From positions 44,146,001-44,210,000 of the forward strand of contig NC_045696.1 of the NCBI RefSeq assembly GCF_009834535.1: 64,000 nucleotides of DNA, given 5' to 3'. Positions within the stretch are counted from its first letter, which is position 1. Each line of letters begins with the position of its first letter. Source of the DNA: Camelus ferus. Its lineage: Eukaryota. Shown one piece after another: positions 52,281-64,000 of the stretch. Below the pieces are notes generated by a model. The model saw only the letters and a program-made list of their open reading frames with translations. It was not told the origin of the DNA and searched no databases. A program made the translations under genes and the position numbers.

Positions 52281-54689
52281 TTTAATCCAGATATCCTAAC
52301 TCACAGCCCCCAGTTTTTCACATTTCATATGCAAGCTTCCCTCACGTTTTAGGAATATACCGTTTTTTGCCTCTTCATCCTTAGGCATTTAATAATCAAT
52401 TATTCCTCACACTTCACTTCAAAATCTATTTTATATACAATGCATTCATTAGGCATATTGAAGTGGGAAAACATTCAACTATCTGCCAATAAAAATATGT
52501 GAATATTTGCTAGTGTTAAAAACAGCCACTCTTTTTTCTCATGGAAAAAAAGACACCTTTTAAAATTAATATTAAGATTACCAAACAGTCCAAACATAAT
52601 ACCACTAAACAACTTTAGATTTTTTTCATCTATTTTTTTTAATCTTTTAAAAATTAAATTAACAATCCAGTTGTCAGTAAATATAACACAGATACTTAAA
52701 TCAAGGTAATATTTGAGTCTTCCATATTTAGATTATTCCTAAATGGGAAGACATTTATTTTCTTCTTTTGGCTTCAAAAGAGAAGAAAGGAAAGCCCATA
52801 GCGCAGGGTATTCATACTGTTCTTATAGAAAGTGGTATAATTCTGAATAAGGACCAAAGTCATATTTTCCTTTTCATCTAAAATAAGGGAGAGACTCTCT
52901 CGATGCCTTTTAATCTTGTCTCTGGAAAGAGTGTAGTCAATTGTCAGTTTGAATTTTTGTGATAACTAATTGCTCCTTCCTTGGAGTGTCTGATTCTATA
53001 AGAAGGTAAAATGGAGAAGGCATGAAAACCTAACTTTTTATACATATTTTTCCACTCCATCACCATAAGATGACTCTAAACCTAAAATGATTTGCTTATA
53101 GTGAAGCTCCAGAACTTTCTGAAGTCCTAAAAAGTTTGCAGTTTCTCTAAGGTTTTCTTCCAAAGCCAAACCATATCTGCAAGTTTTGACTTTTAAATTA
53201 GAAATTATATTATCCCGATTGTTCTCATGACAGCTTAACTAACGAATGCAGTGATTTTTAAAATGTAATCAATAAATATATTTTGTTGTCAAACAAATTA
53301 TGTGTTTAGTTTTTACTTGACTCTAAAAGGAAACTAAAATAAACACTCTCTGTTCACAAAGAAAAGCAAGTAAGATGGAGCACAGGGATGGAGTAGTTAG
53401 AAATGATCCTACTAAAGAAATAGACATCAGTAGCTTAATAAGGAAAATTTATATTAGGAATGAAAAAAAGCAAAAACTAATTGAAACAAGAATAAGCATA
53501 GATTAATTTTATTGTTTTAGTCAAATATGTAACATAAAAGTGGTGTTTGAGGAAGATTAGTTAATTATATGATCAAGAGAAGGAATAAAATTTGCTGAAT
53601 CAGAAGGAATTTGTGTAGAATGAAAAATTCAAAGTTGGAGTTATGGTAATGGGAATGAAATTTAATTTGAAGGAAACAAATCTATAGAATATGAAAATAA
53701 ACTTGATGAGAAGTATCAAGAATACATATGAATCAGAGATCCTGTTAAACTTTTTCTCAAGGAAGCCTGTGGGTCTGGACCTAGGAGAGCAGTCCACAAG
53801 TGCAAGGCCAGAGCACAGAGTGGGATACACAGTAAAACTGAAGCATCTGTCAAAAGGAATTCAGGCTTTAGATTTATGTCATTCTTCTAAAACTTGATTA
53901 TGATTGTGATTCTCATTTTAAAACATTTTGTTTGTGCCTAAAAATGATCATCTTAGCATACAAATCAGTAAGTTAAAGAACAGAAAATTAAAATGAAAGT
54001 AGAACAAAAAAAAAAACAAAAGGAGAAATTCATAAAATGTAAAACAAATATAATAGAGAATATAAAAAACAAATTTATTTTTTATCTGATCAAGATAAAA
54101 AGGAACAAGATTCTAAGATCAAGAGTGAAAAATGGACATTTCTATAGATTGTATGAGCATTGCATAGATAACATAAGGATATTATAAAAAACATTGATAA
54201 TAAATTTCAAAAATTAGATAAAATGAATTTTTTTGAAAAAGCACAAGAAAAAGTAGAAAATCTGAACAATTATATACCTATTAAACAAATTATACTTATT
54301 AAAAAGAACTTATTGGTTAGTCTTTTAAAAATCATAAAAGAATATCACTAATCTGTACAAAATATTCTAGGAATAGAAAAGGAAGAAACAGCTTCCCAAC
54401 ACATTCTATGAAGCCAGCACATATTAATACCCAAACTTAACAAATTATACTCAGGAAAGATTATTACTATGTTTTGAAGATGAAAAAAATTCCAAGTATC
54501 TTATCAAATTAAATCCATCAGGATACAAAGAGAATAATAAATCTCAAATGAGGTGTGTCTATTCTAGGAATGTCAATTTGGCTTACTAGTAAAAAAAAAG
54601 TCTATATAATTCACCACACAATGTTTAAAAAAAAAGAGGAAATGTAGTATGATTATGTCATTAGGGAAATATTACGCACTTGAGGAAAT

Positions 54690-55284
54690 TGAAGCAGAAT
54701 GCTAAAATGATTCTCACTCTTCTATAATCTCTTCCTCCAGAATGTGAACTGAACCTGTGAATATAAGTCACTCCCATGATTTTGGAACTTTAGGTGGGAA
54801 AAGGGATTTTGCAGATGCAATCAATGCCACAAATCAGTTGAGCCTAAAATGCGGAAGTTATCTGTGTTAGCCTTACCAAATCACATGAACCCTTAAATCT
54901 GGATTGAGAGGTCAGCAACTAGGAAAGGTAGAAATTCAAAGTACAAAGATTTGGCATGCTATCCGGATGCTGGCTGAAAGATGGAGGGGACAATATGGCA
55001 AGGAATGCAGGTGGCCTCCAGGAGCTGAGAGCTGCCCCCAGCTAACAGCCAGGAAGGACTAGATTCTGACAACACAAGAATAAGTTTCAGAGCAGATTTT
55101 TTTTTTCCTTCTAGAGCCTCCAGATGAAAGTTCGCTTGGCTGACACCTTGATTTCAACCTTGTGATAACCTGAGCAGAAAACCCAATAACTCCTGACCTA
55201 CAGAACTGTGAGTTAATAAATAGGTGTTATTTTAAGCTATTACGTTTCTGTGAATTTGTTATGTATCAAGAGGAAACTAACACA
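54690..55284 (+). mobile_element. MLT1E-type MaLR LTR
   Basis: gggattttgcagatg...aatcagttga...gcaaggaatgcaggtggcctccaggagctgaga...ctgacctacagaactgtgag...aaactaacaca. Confidence 0.85.
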
Positions 55285-56143
55285 AATATCCAGAAATAGG
55301 TAAATGGTATCTATAACAAATCCACTGCCAACATCATCCTTAATGATGATTAATCAAGTGTTTGCCCTGAAATTAGAAATGAGACAGGGATGATGTTGCC
55401 GCTGCTCTTCAACATTGCCCTGGAGTCCTGTCCAGGGTAATAGGCAAGAAAAGCAATTGAGATGTACAAGGCATGGAAAGAAGGAATTAAACTGTCATTT
55501 TTGCAGATGACATAATAGTGCTTGTAGAATATCTAAAATAACTTACAGAAAAATTACTAGGGTTCATAAGTGAATTTGAATAGCAGCTGTATGCCAGGTC
55601 AACACCTGCAACTCCATATAAAAGCAACAAATTAGCAAATAAAAATTTTAACATAAAATTCTTTCTCAGAGCATAAAAAAACAAGCCACCTAGGAAGGGG
55701 TGCAAGAGTCCCTTTGTCTATCATCGTGCTAATCTTAGCCCATCTTAATACAGTTAGTTTAAACTTCTACCTTGGTAAATCCTCCCACTTTTTTCCTTTT
55801 CAGGATTCTCCTAGATATCTGTATCCCCGTGGATGTGTGTGTGGATGTATTTTAGATTCAGCTCATCAATTTCCACCAAAAAAAAAAAAAATAACAGCTA
55901 TTGAATTTTTTATTGTGATTGATCAATTTGGAGGTTATCTTAAAAATACTGAGTCCTCCAGTGATCCTTGAACATGTCTCCAGGAACAAACCCAGGCATA
56001 TATAGACTTAATTTATGAATAAGCCAGCACTGACAGCAAAGTGGTTTAAAAAATGCTTATCAATAAATGGTGTTGGTTTATCCATCGGGAAGAAAAGTGA
56101 TACCTTACACCATTCACCAAAAGCAATTACAGATGACCTTAAA

Positions 56144-56555
56144 TCAGTAGGTTGAACTATATCCCCTCAAACTTAATGTGCTGAAGTCTAACTTGCAATA
56201 CCTCACATTTTGACCTTATTTGGACATAGAGTCATTGCAGATGTAATTAGTTAAGAGGAGGTCATGGGGGAGTAGGGTAGGCCCTAATCTAATATGATGG
56301 AGGTCATTTTGAAAAGAAGTTTAGATGCTGACCTGCACACAGAGGAAACACCATGTGAAGATGAAGGCAGAGATCAGAGACATGGTTCTACATGCCCAGG
56401 AATGCCAAAAATTGCCAGAAAACCACCAGAAGCTCTAGCAAGGCATTGAACAGATTCCTCCTCACTGTCCTCAAAAGGAACCAACCCTGTCCACCTCTTC
56501 AGCTCAAACTTCTAGCCCCCAGAACACTGAGAAAATAAATTTCTGTGTTTAAGTG
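56144..56555 (+). mobile_element. MLT1C-type MaLR LTR (3' tip missing)
   Basis: gaccttatttgga...ttgcagatgtaattagttaag...catgtgaagatgaaggcagagat...aaccaccagaagct...aaataaatttctg. Confidence 0.85.
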
Positions 56556-58379
56556 ATTTAATTAACATAAAATCTAAATATAAAACAGACTAGTAAAGTC
56601 TATGATATCTAATAAAAGATAACAGAAGAAAATCATGACTTTTGTTTTAGAGAAAAAACTCTTAAACAGAGCACAGATATCACAAGCCACAAAGGAAAAG
56701 ACTGATAAATTAAATAATATTAATATTAAGAATTTTCTGTAATAGTTAAGAGAAATGCCAGGCTACAGTGAGGAGGAAGATATTTATAATACATAAAAAT
56801 GAAAAGGAGTATATAAAGACAGAAATCAGTTAGAAACAGATAAACAGCATAATGGAAAAATAAAGAAGTTTAAACTAAACTAAAAGAGATTTAAGTAAGT
56901 ACCTCAAAAAAAAAAAAAGGGTTTCCAAATGATCAAGAAATGTTTTTAAAAGTGTTCCAGCTCATTGAATCATCACAGAAATTTAAAAAATAAAAAAAAA
57001 AAAGAGAGATATCAATGCGTAGTAACCAAAATGATTTAAATGAAAAGGAATAAAAATATGGTTTTGGTCAATATTTGCAGCAACTGCATCTCTCATATAC
57101 TACTCATAGGGTATAATTTCACAGAAACATTATCTACTAATTAAACGTACACATTCTCTGTGATCCAGTAATTCTACCTCTAGAAATACATACGTATGTG
57201 CTCCAAGAAAATAGGTACAAGGATGTTAATAGCTGCATAGTACGTAATACCCAAAGTCTGGAATTAAATGCCCACCAATAGTATTATGAATAAATGAATT
57301 ATTATATATTCATGAAAATGCTATGCAGCAATGAAAATTAATAAACTACAACTATATTTAACAATATGGGTGAATCTCAGACCAAAATTTTGAGCAAAGG
57401 AAACCAGATACTAAATAAACATACTATTTGACCTCACTTGTGTGCATTTCTGCAGAAGAATAAAACTAACATGACTAATACATAGAGAAGTAATTCAGAA
57501 GAATGTAGTGGTTGAGATGAGTTATAAGAAGATTCTGGGTGCTGGTAATGCTCCCTCCTTGGTGATTACACATGTATGTTCACTTTGGAAAATTAATTAC
57601 CATTCACACAATCAATGAGTGCAATTTTCTGTATCTTTAGTATACTTTAATATAAAAGATTACTTGAAAAGAGACTCTAGAAAATACTAGTTTTTAATAA
57701 GAGTGATGAATAATTAAATTAGATAAGTAGAGTTATAACCAAATAATTGTTAATATTCATTAAAATACATATCTTAAAGTAATTATTGATATTGTTAAAA
57801 ATTTCAAACCTTACTGCTTACAAATCTGATTTGAATGAGTATAGAAGAATCAAATTCCATATTCTGAAAAATTTCCTAATGATTGCTCATATTCAGCAAC
57901 AATGTGTTAGCTCTAAGGTATTGTAGTGTATTACCAGGATAATTCTTCATTTGAACTCTGAAAGTATCATTAGGAGGACTTTCTTAACTAAAGGCTGAAA
58001 TTGAAAATGTCACAGCCAAAATGTCCATTGTAACCCTGGCAAAATTCACTGTTTCTTAAAAGTGTCATAATTGGAACTTGGGTGGTTCACAGCTGGCTTA
58101 AAAGTGTCAGAGAAAATGCTAGTGAGCTGATTTTGTATATAATACAGATTTAATATTTGACTATATAATGTTTATTTTAAATGTATGCGTATCTATATAC
58201 ATATGTGTATGTGTATAAGATTTGAAATGCAAAATAAATTATATGTTTCAAAGAAATTCTGATAAAGTGTTAGAATTTAAAAGATTCTTAAAGATAATAC
58301 ATTATCTACAAAAAGTATGGGAAATTGTTATGCTTCCTATAAGAAATCCATACTGATTGAAAAAAAAAAAAAACCCAAA

Positions 58380-59570
58380 ATCTGAAGTAGCTATATTCAA
58401 ATCAAGCACAAAATTTTTACGCAAAAAATTTTATCAATAATGAAAAGGGTCATTTCATAATGATAAAGGGGTAGATTCATCAAGAAGACAAAAATTATAA
58501 CTATATACTTCATAACAAAGACTCAAAATATATGAAGCAAAAACTAAAAGAACTTTAGTAAGAAATGGACAAAACCATAATTATAGCGGGTGACTTCAAC
58601 ACCCCTCCTGCAGTGATTAGCTGAATAGGTAGGCAAAAATAAGAAAAAATATAGAATACTTGTACCATATTGTTATAGACTGCATTGTATCCCCCCCAAA
58701 TTCACATGTTAAAGTTTGAACTCTCCCCCGCCCGATCCTCAGAATGTGATTGTATTTGGAGATAGGGTCATTAAGGAGGTTATTCAATTAAAATGAGGAA
58801 TTAGAGTGGGTCCTAATCTAATATGACTGATGCTTTTGTAAGAAGAGACTAGGACACAGACATGCACAGATGATCATGTGAAGCAACAGGAAGGAGACAA
58901 CCATTTATAAGCCAGAAGAAGCCAACCCTGCTGACATCTTGTCCGGAATAGTAAGAAAACAAATTTTTAGTTGTTTAAGCCCCTATCTGTGCTACTTTCT
59001 TATGGCAGCTCTAGAAAACTGATACTCATACTATCAACCTATTAACTGACAGTTGTAGGAATACTCCACTAAACAGAATATACAGTATTTTCAAACTGTA
59101 CAGGGATCACTCATGCAGACAAACCATATTCAGGGCCTAAAATAAATCTTGATAATTTAAAAAGGATTCAAGTTATTCAAGTTATACAAAGTATGTTCTC
59201 TGACCCCAAATTAAATTTAAATTTAATAATAGAAAAAAAATTTGGAAAATCCCCAAATAATCGGAAAACAAATGTAGTTCTAAATCACCCATGAGTCAAA
59301 GAAGAAATCAGAATGGAAATTAGAAATTATTTTGAACTGAATGAAAATAACAAACCATATCAGAATTGGAGGGTACCGATAAAGCAGTATGTAGAGGGGA
59401 ATTTATGCCATCAAATGCCTGTAGTGGAAAAGAAGACATGTATCCAATCAGTGATTTCAGCTTCCACCTTGAGAAACAAAAAATAGAAGATCAAATAAAA
59501 TAAGGAGAAGAAAGAAATGTATAAATAGTGCAGGAGCCAATGATAGAGAAAACAGAAAAACAATAGAACT
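58380..59570 (+). mobile_element. L1 ORF2 endonuclease-region fragment
   Basis: catttcataatgataaagggg, gcgggtgacttcaacaccc (GDFNTP), aaagtatgttctctgacc, gtcaaagaagaaatca. Confidence 0.85.
58671..59026 (+). mobile_element. MLT1B-type MaLR LTR nested in L1
   Basis: tgttatagactgcattgtatcccccccaaattcacatgtt...tatggcagctctagaaaactgatac; TSD catat/catac. Confidence 0.85.
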
Positions 59571-59990
59571 GTTATATTCACTTGGGGTTGATTTGTGGAT
59601 TTTCTATTTTGTTCCATTGGCCTTCTGTTCATTATGTGCCAAAACACCCCATATAGAGACTTTATGATAATTTTTAATAACTGGTAGTACAAATCCTGCA
59701 TTATTTGTGTATTTTTCAGGGGTTTCTTGGCTACTCCTGTTTATTTTTTCACATGGATTTTAAATCAAACTTAACTTCTGGATTTCTTTAATTGGTATAA
59801 TAACTTAGAAAGAACAGATAGATATCTTTACAATCGGTGTTCCAAGCCACTAACAGCTCTTTTCATTTTGCAATTTTGTGTTTTTCTATGGTTTTTAAAA
59901 GTTTTACTCTTACAGTCTTGCTAATTTCTTGCTAAGTTTATATTCAGACATTTTTTCTTTTTTACTGTTACTTTAATGACGGCTTATCAT

Positions 59991-59991
<1 letters not shown>

Positions 59992-60035
<44 letters not shown>
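59992..60035. repeat. (ATCT)n microsatellite forming the SINE tail
   Basis: About 11 perfect units abutting the SINE head. Confidence 0.95.
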
Positions 60036-60101
60036 CTGGGGATTTAACCCAGGACCTTGTGCATGCTAAGCATGTGCTCTACCACCAAACTATACCCACC
60101 C
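60034..60101 (-). mobile_element. tRNA-Ala(AGC)-derived SINE head (camelid Vic-1-like)
   Basis: Reverse strand gggtatagtttggtggtagagcacatgcttagcatgcacaaggtcctgggttaaatcccc aligns to tRNA-Ala with decayed A/B boxes. Confidence 0.85.
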
Positions 60102-63100
60102 ATCCAAGTCTAATCTTTTATTATATTTTGTAACTGTTTATGATATATATAATAACAGTAATAGTATCCAGTATTGATTTCATATTTTGCAGTCTTTTTG
60201 TTCATATGGTTTTAAGATTTTTCTTTCTTCATTACTTTTATAACATATCAACACATAGTTTTCTTTCTGTTTATCTTCTTTAGCTTCAGAGCCTTTTGCG
60301 AGTTTGCCAATGACTTGAAGGGAAAATGGCTCATGGAGTTGCTCTCATTTGGTGTTTCCTTTCTCTCTTACACTTCCACCCCTTAGCCCTGGTTGCTGCA
60401 GCATTTCTTTGATGCTTAAAATTATTCTTTGTATTTTATTCTTTTTATTTTATTTAGGTTTCTCCTAGTTATTTTCATTTGGAAGCCAGACTGTTCCAAA
60501 TTACTCCATCTGACTTGGAGGAAGAAGTCTCCTGAAATCATCATTTGGTCCAACATCTAGACACGCAGGACATTTTCAGCTTTCATTTTGTTGTTGATTT
60601 CTAATCTCATTGTTTTGTGGTCAAAAATACTCTTTATAATTTTTTTTTTGCTTCAGAATTGATAGAAGCTTCATTTTAAGACTAGTATATGGTTGATTTT
60701 TGATAATACAAAAAATGTTATTAAATGTAAAATTCTATATATAGCTATTTAAATGTACTATTTATGTAATTCAGAACTTCTATAGATACCTCTATTTTTG
60801 ACCATTTTATCAGTAGTATATATTAAAATTTAAAAATCCAGTTTCCCCATAGTTTTGAGAATTTCAGCTTTATAAGACAGTGCTGAGAAGTATGTGTTAA
60901 CAGGTGTTTTATATTTTAAATCTCTTATTTATTAACCAATATTTAATGACCCTTTGTCTCATTATATTCTTTACTTTAAATTCTTTGAAAGAGCTATCCA
61001 AGCTTTCTCTTGGTTCATATTTATGTGTTAAACATCCATTTGTTGTCTATCTTTCAGTTGTTTTCTGTTTTGAATATATCTATTAAATATATCATTATGT
61101 AGCATTTTGTTCTGTATTTTTGCTGAGTGAGCTTAACCCATTATATTTACAGTATAAACTGTTAAATTAAGGTTTATTTCTATCATTTTATTTCTTTTTG
61201 TTTTGTTTCCTTCTCTGAAACTTTCTTTTGGATAATTTTACCTCTTTTGATTTTAATATACATTAAAGTTCATACTTATCCTTAATTTATTATTGACTAC
61301 TCAGAGCTTATTTTGCCTTAAGAATATCTAAAGCTTATAAATATTTGAAAAGCTAATTGCACTCTTACATCCTTCTGGTCATCCCTTTTCTAATAGACCT
61401 TTGTGTCGATTTATTTTGGGTTTTAATTCTGAATTATTAGTGACTGCTCATCTAACAATCATCACTCCACTTCACGCTTACCTTGCATGTCTCATTTCTC
61501 CCTCCTGGTTTCATCTGGCTTCTTGCTAGAGTGTATCCTCTGTATCTTTATCAAAGAAAATCTACCTGGGATACTCTCTGAAACCTGATATGCTTGAAAT
61601 ATTTCATCTCATCCTTCAGTTTTAATAAGTTATTTGGATATAAAGTTCTAGCTTTATAGTTATTTTCTTAAGTATTTTGGAAATACTATGCCATTGTTTT
61701 CCCACATCCAACAATACTATTTATAAGACCAGTAGCAGTACGATTGTTGCTCTTTTGTAACAGATTTGATTTTTTTTTCTATCTTGAAGTTTTTAAATAT
61801 TTCTCTAATTTTGACATCTTTAAGTTATTGCTACATTGGGTCTAGGTATGAGTCATTTTCTTATATGTCCTGTACAGAATTCTGTGTATCCTTTGAATCT
61901 AAGATCTTGTATACTTTTTTCTGACAAAAATCTTGTTTGATATATTTTATTTTTTCAAATACATTCTTTTCCCTGATTTTTCTTTTCTTTCCTCTTGAGA
62001 TTCATGATGGTTGATATTGAAAATTCTACTCTTATTTTCCATATTCCTTAACAATTTCAATATTCTGTCTTATTTCCCTTCCTAATATTTCTTAACCCAA
62101 TTTGTAGTTCATTCTTTTCTATGTTCTTTATTTTTGTTTATTTATTTTTGTTTTTGTTATATTTTGTTTATATTTGTTATTCAGTTCATCCAGTGAGTTA
62201 TTTCAACAGTTACATCTTGGTGTTGCTATTTTCATTTTATTCCTCTTCATTATTTCTTGTTCATACTTTATGTTTCCAATGTCCTTTATCTTTCTAATAT
62301 TTTTTAGTAAAATGCATTTTATAAAATAGCAATCTTTTTCTTTCATTTTCAGTTGTATTTGTAGATTCCTTCCTTCCTCATTTCATTTTTTTCTCTTCCC
62401 TTTTTTTTTTTTTTCTCTTTTTTAACCTATGCTCCAAGATGGGTAGAGTTACCTTATTAGATCATCATACACATTTGTGCTGTTAGATTACTTGTTTATT
62501 AATGTCTATGATAAAGGATGTTGATGGAAGTCTAGGTCTTAGTTTGTGTCCTTACGGATGAGGAAAGGTTTAGTGCTGCTAGTTTTATTCCTGTTCCCTG
62601 CACTCCATCAAGTGCCCCCTGCTGGCTCTCTCAGCTTGCAGATACTAACAGGAGGACATTCTCTCTGTGGTATTTGCTCAGCGTATGAAGTGGGAGTGGT
62701 TCCGGGACTAAGGAGTAGGACTGTAACTGTACCTACTGTTGCCATTGCTCTTCACTTAGAACAGCTTCCAGGGCCACCTGGGTATGACTTTATCCCGAGG
62801 CCACCTTAGATTGGTACTGCTCTTATCTTGATAATCAGGAAAAGAGCTGATAATGATCTCTGCGAGATCAATGGGGATTTTTTTTTTTTTTTTTAATTAC
62901 AAAAGACCTCCCTTTGTCCATCCCCTGTGTTGGGCCCTGGGCATTTTCTGCTCTAGGCATCTAGGTATATCTCTCAGTCCACAAATTTCTCACCATGACA
63001 CATCTGGCCACCCTGTGTCTCCACATGAGTTTCTCACAAATTTTAGGTGTTACTAATTACGGCTTTAAAATTCACCAAAATTCATGGCATCTCCAGGTTT

Positions 63101-63184
63101 ATATTATAATGTTTACTGAACTAGAATTTCCTAGGATATCTTTATTGTTTTATATTTATAACTTTCAAAAGTAATTTTCAAATA

Positions 63185-63300
63185 TTTGTCTCCCCACTAG
63201 ACTGTGAAACTCAGAAGTGAAATTTAATTATTTTGCATGGCCTACATCTAGCATTATGCTTAGGCCTCTTTAGGAATTTAATAAATATTTTTGAATGCAT
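63185..63300 (+). mobile_element. L2 3' terminal fragment
   Basis: tgtctccccactagactgtgaa...aataaatatttttgaatgcat. Confidence 0.7.
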
Positions 63301-64000
63301 AATTTATCCATGTTTATATGGGAAAATGTTGCTAAAAGTGAAAAAGAATAAATTAAGGAAACAGTGTTTATAGGTTATTAATTGACATTTCTTAAGACTG
63401 TTCTACAACAAGAATATCTTTACACGAAGAAGGCAGATCCATACCCACTTCAATTACTTGGTCTTCCCTAAACATTTCTCACATTACTAACATACCCTAC
63501 AGAAATCTCTAAAATTATTCAGAAAATTTATAGTTTATGTTTTCTCTTTTTAAACAAACCAGATGTAGACTCCTCTGTAGCTTCAGAGTTAGCTTAACAG
63601 CAAATAATAGCATTTAACAAGAATTTCTGGAAACTTGTGCAAATTATAGGAACGATTAAATTTATAAAAATATGTGGGTAATTTAATTCATGGGGAAAGG
63701 TAATAGAAATTGCTACAATATAAATAAAGCAAGGGAATGGGGGGTTCAGTATACTCCTTACCCATACACATTAAAAAAAATTAAGAACATATAGGTATAT
63801 GAGTACTTTTGAAAATCTCCTAGATGTATTATTAGGTTTAAAAAAAAGAAAAAAGAAAACTCAAATAAATAATGTTTATGGTATAATATCGATAACTTTC
63901 CATTTTTCTACATTTTTGTACATGTGTGTTCGTATGTATTGAAAAAGTCTAGAAAAAAATATCGTAAACATTTATCAACACGTGCCTGGAAGGAATGGGA

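Larger units (their letters stand above)
53940..57660 (+). mobile_element. Old L1M ORF2-to-3'-end remnant with nested LTRs and an internal inversion
   Basis: cttcccaacacattctatgaagccagca, ttcaacattgccctggagtcct, aactgtcatttttgcagatgacataat (LFADD region), tgatccagtaattctacctctag. Confidence 0.8.
59575..63100 (-). mobile_element. Highly decayed antisense L1M (ORF2 to ORF1/5' region)
   Basis: T-rich strand with ttctattttgttccattgg, tgttttgtggtcaaaaatactc, ttggatataaagttctag; boundaries uncertain. Confidence 0.6.

Noticed and set aside
60034..60101. Functional tRNA-Ala gene
   Set aside because: Mutated A and B boxes, missing 3' acceptor stem, simple-repeat tail: a SINE
1..64000. Novel multi-gene system, CRISPR array, endogenous non-retroviral virus or NUMT
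   Set aside because: No long ORFs, repeat-spacer arrays, or recognisable viral or mitochondrial sequence; the window is typical mammalian repeat-rich non-coding DNA. Highly decayed inserts cannot be excluded without tBLASTx.

Overview
AT-rich, CpG-depleted mammalian nuclear DNA. It reads as intergenic or deep intronic: I recognise no protein-coding gene, RNA gene or CpG island. A tRNA-Ala-derived SINE head at ~60.0-60.1 kb and many short cetartiodactyl-type L1 3' ends suggest a camelid genome (inference, not searched). Much of the window is layered transposon debris: L1, L2, MIR, MamSINE1, MaLR/ERVL LTRs (MLT1, MLT2, LTR33-like), one ERV1-type solo LTR, and the DNA transposons MER33, MER58A and MER5. 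The listed ORFs are short and explained by repeats or chance. I found no convincing novel biological system. The best leads are small: a candidate orphan L1 3' transduction or retroposed 3' end (42.07-42.30 kb), a tail-only insertion that became a (TTTA)15 microsatellite, a ~270-bp internal inversion in an old L1, a perfect 26-bp-arm palindrome, candidate enhancers, and one speculative in-frame exon pair. Repeat family names come from remembered consensus sequences, and boundaries are approximate unless a target-site duplication (TSD) is cited.
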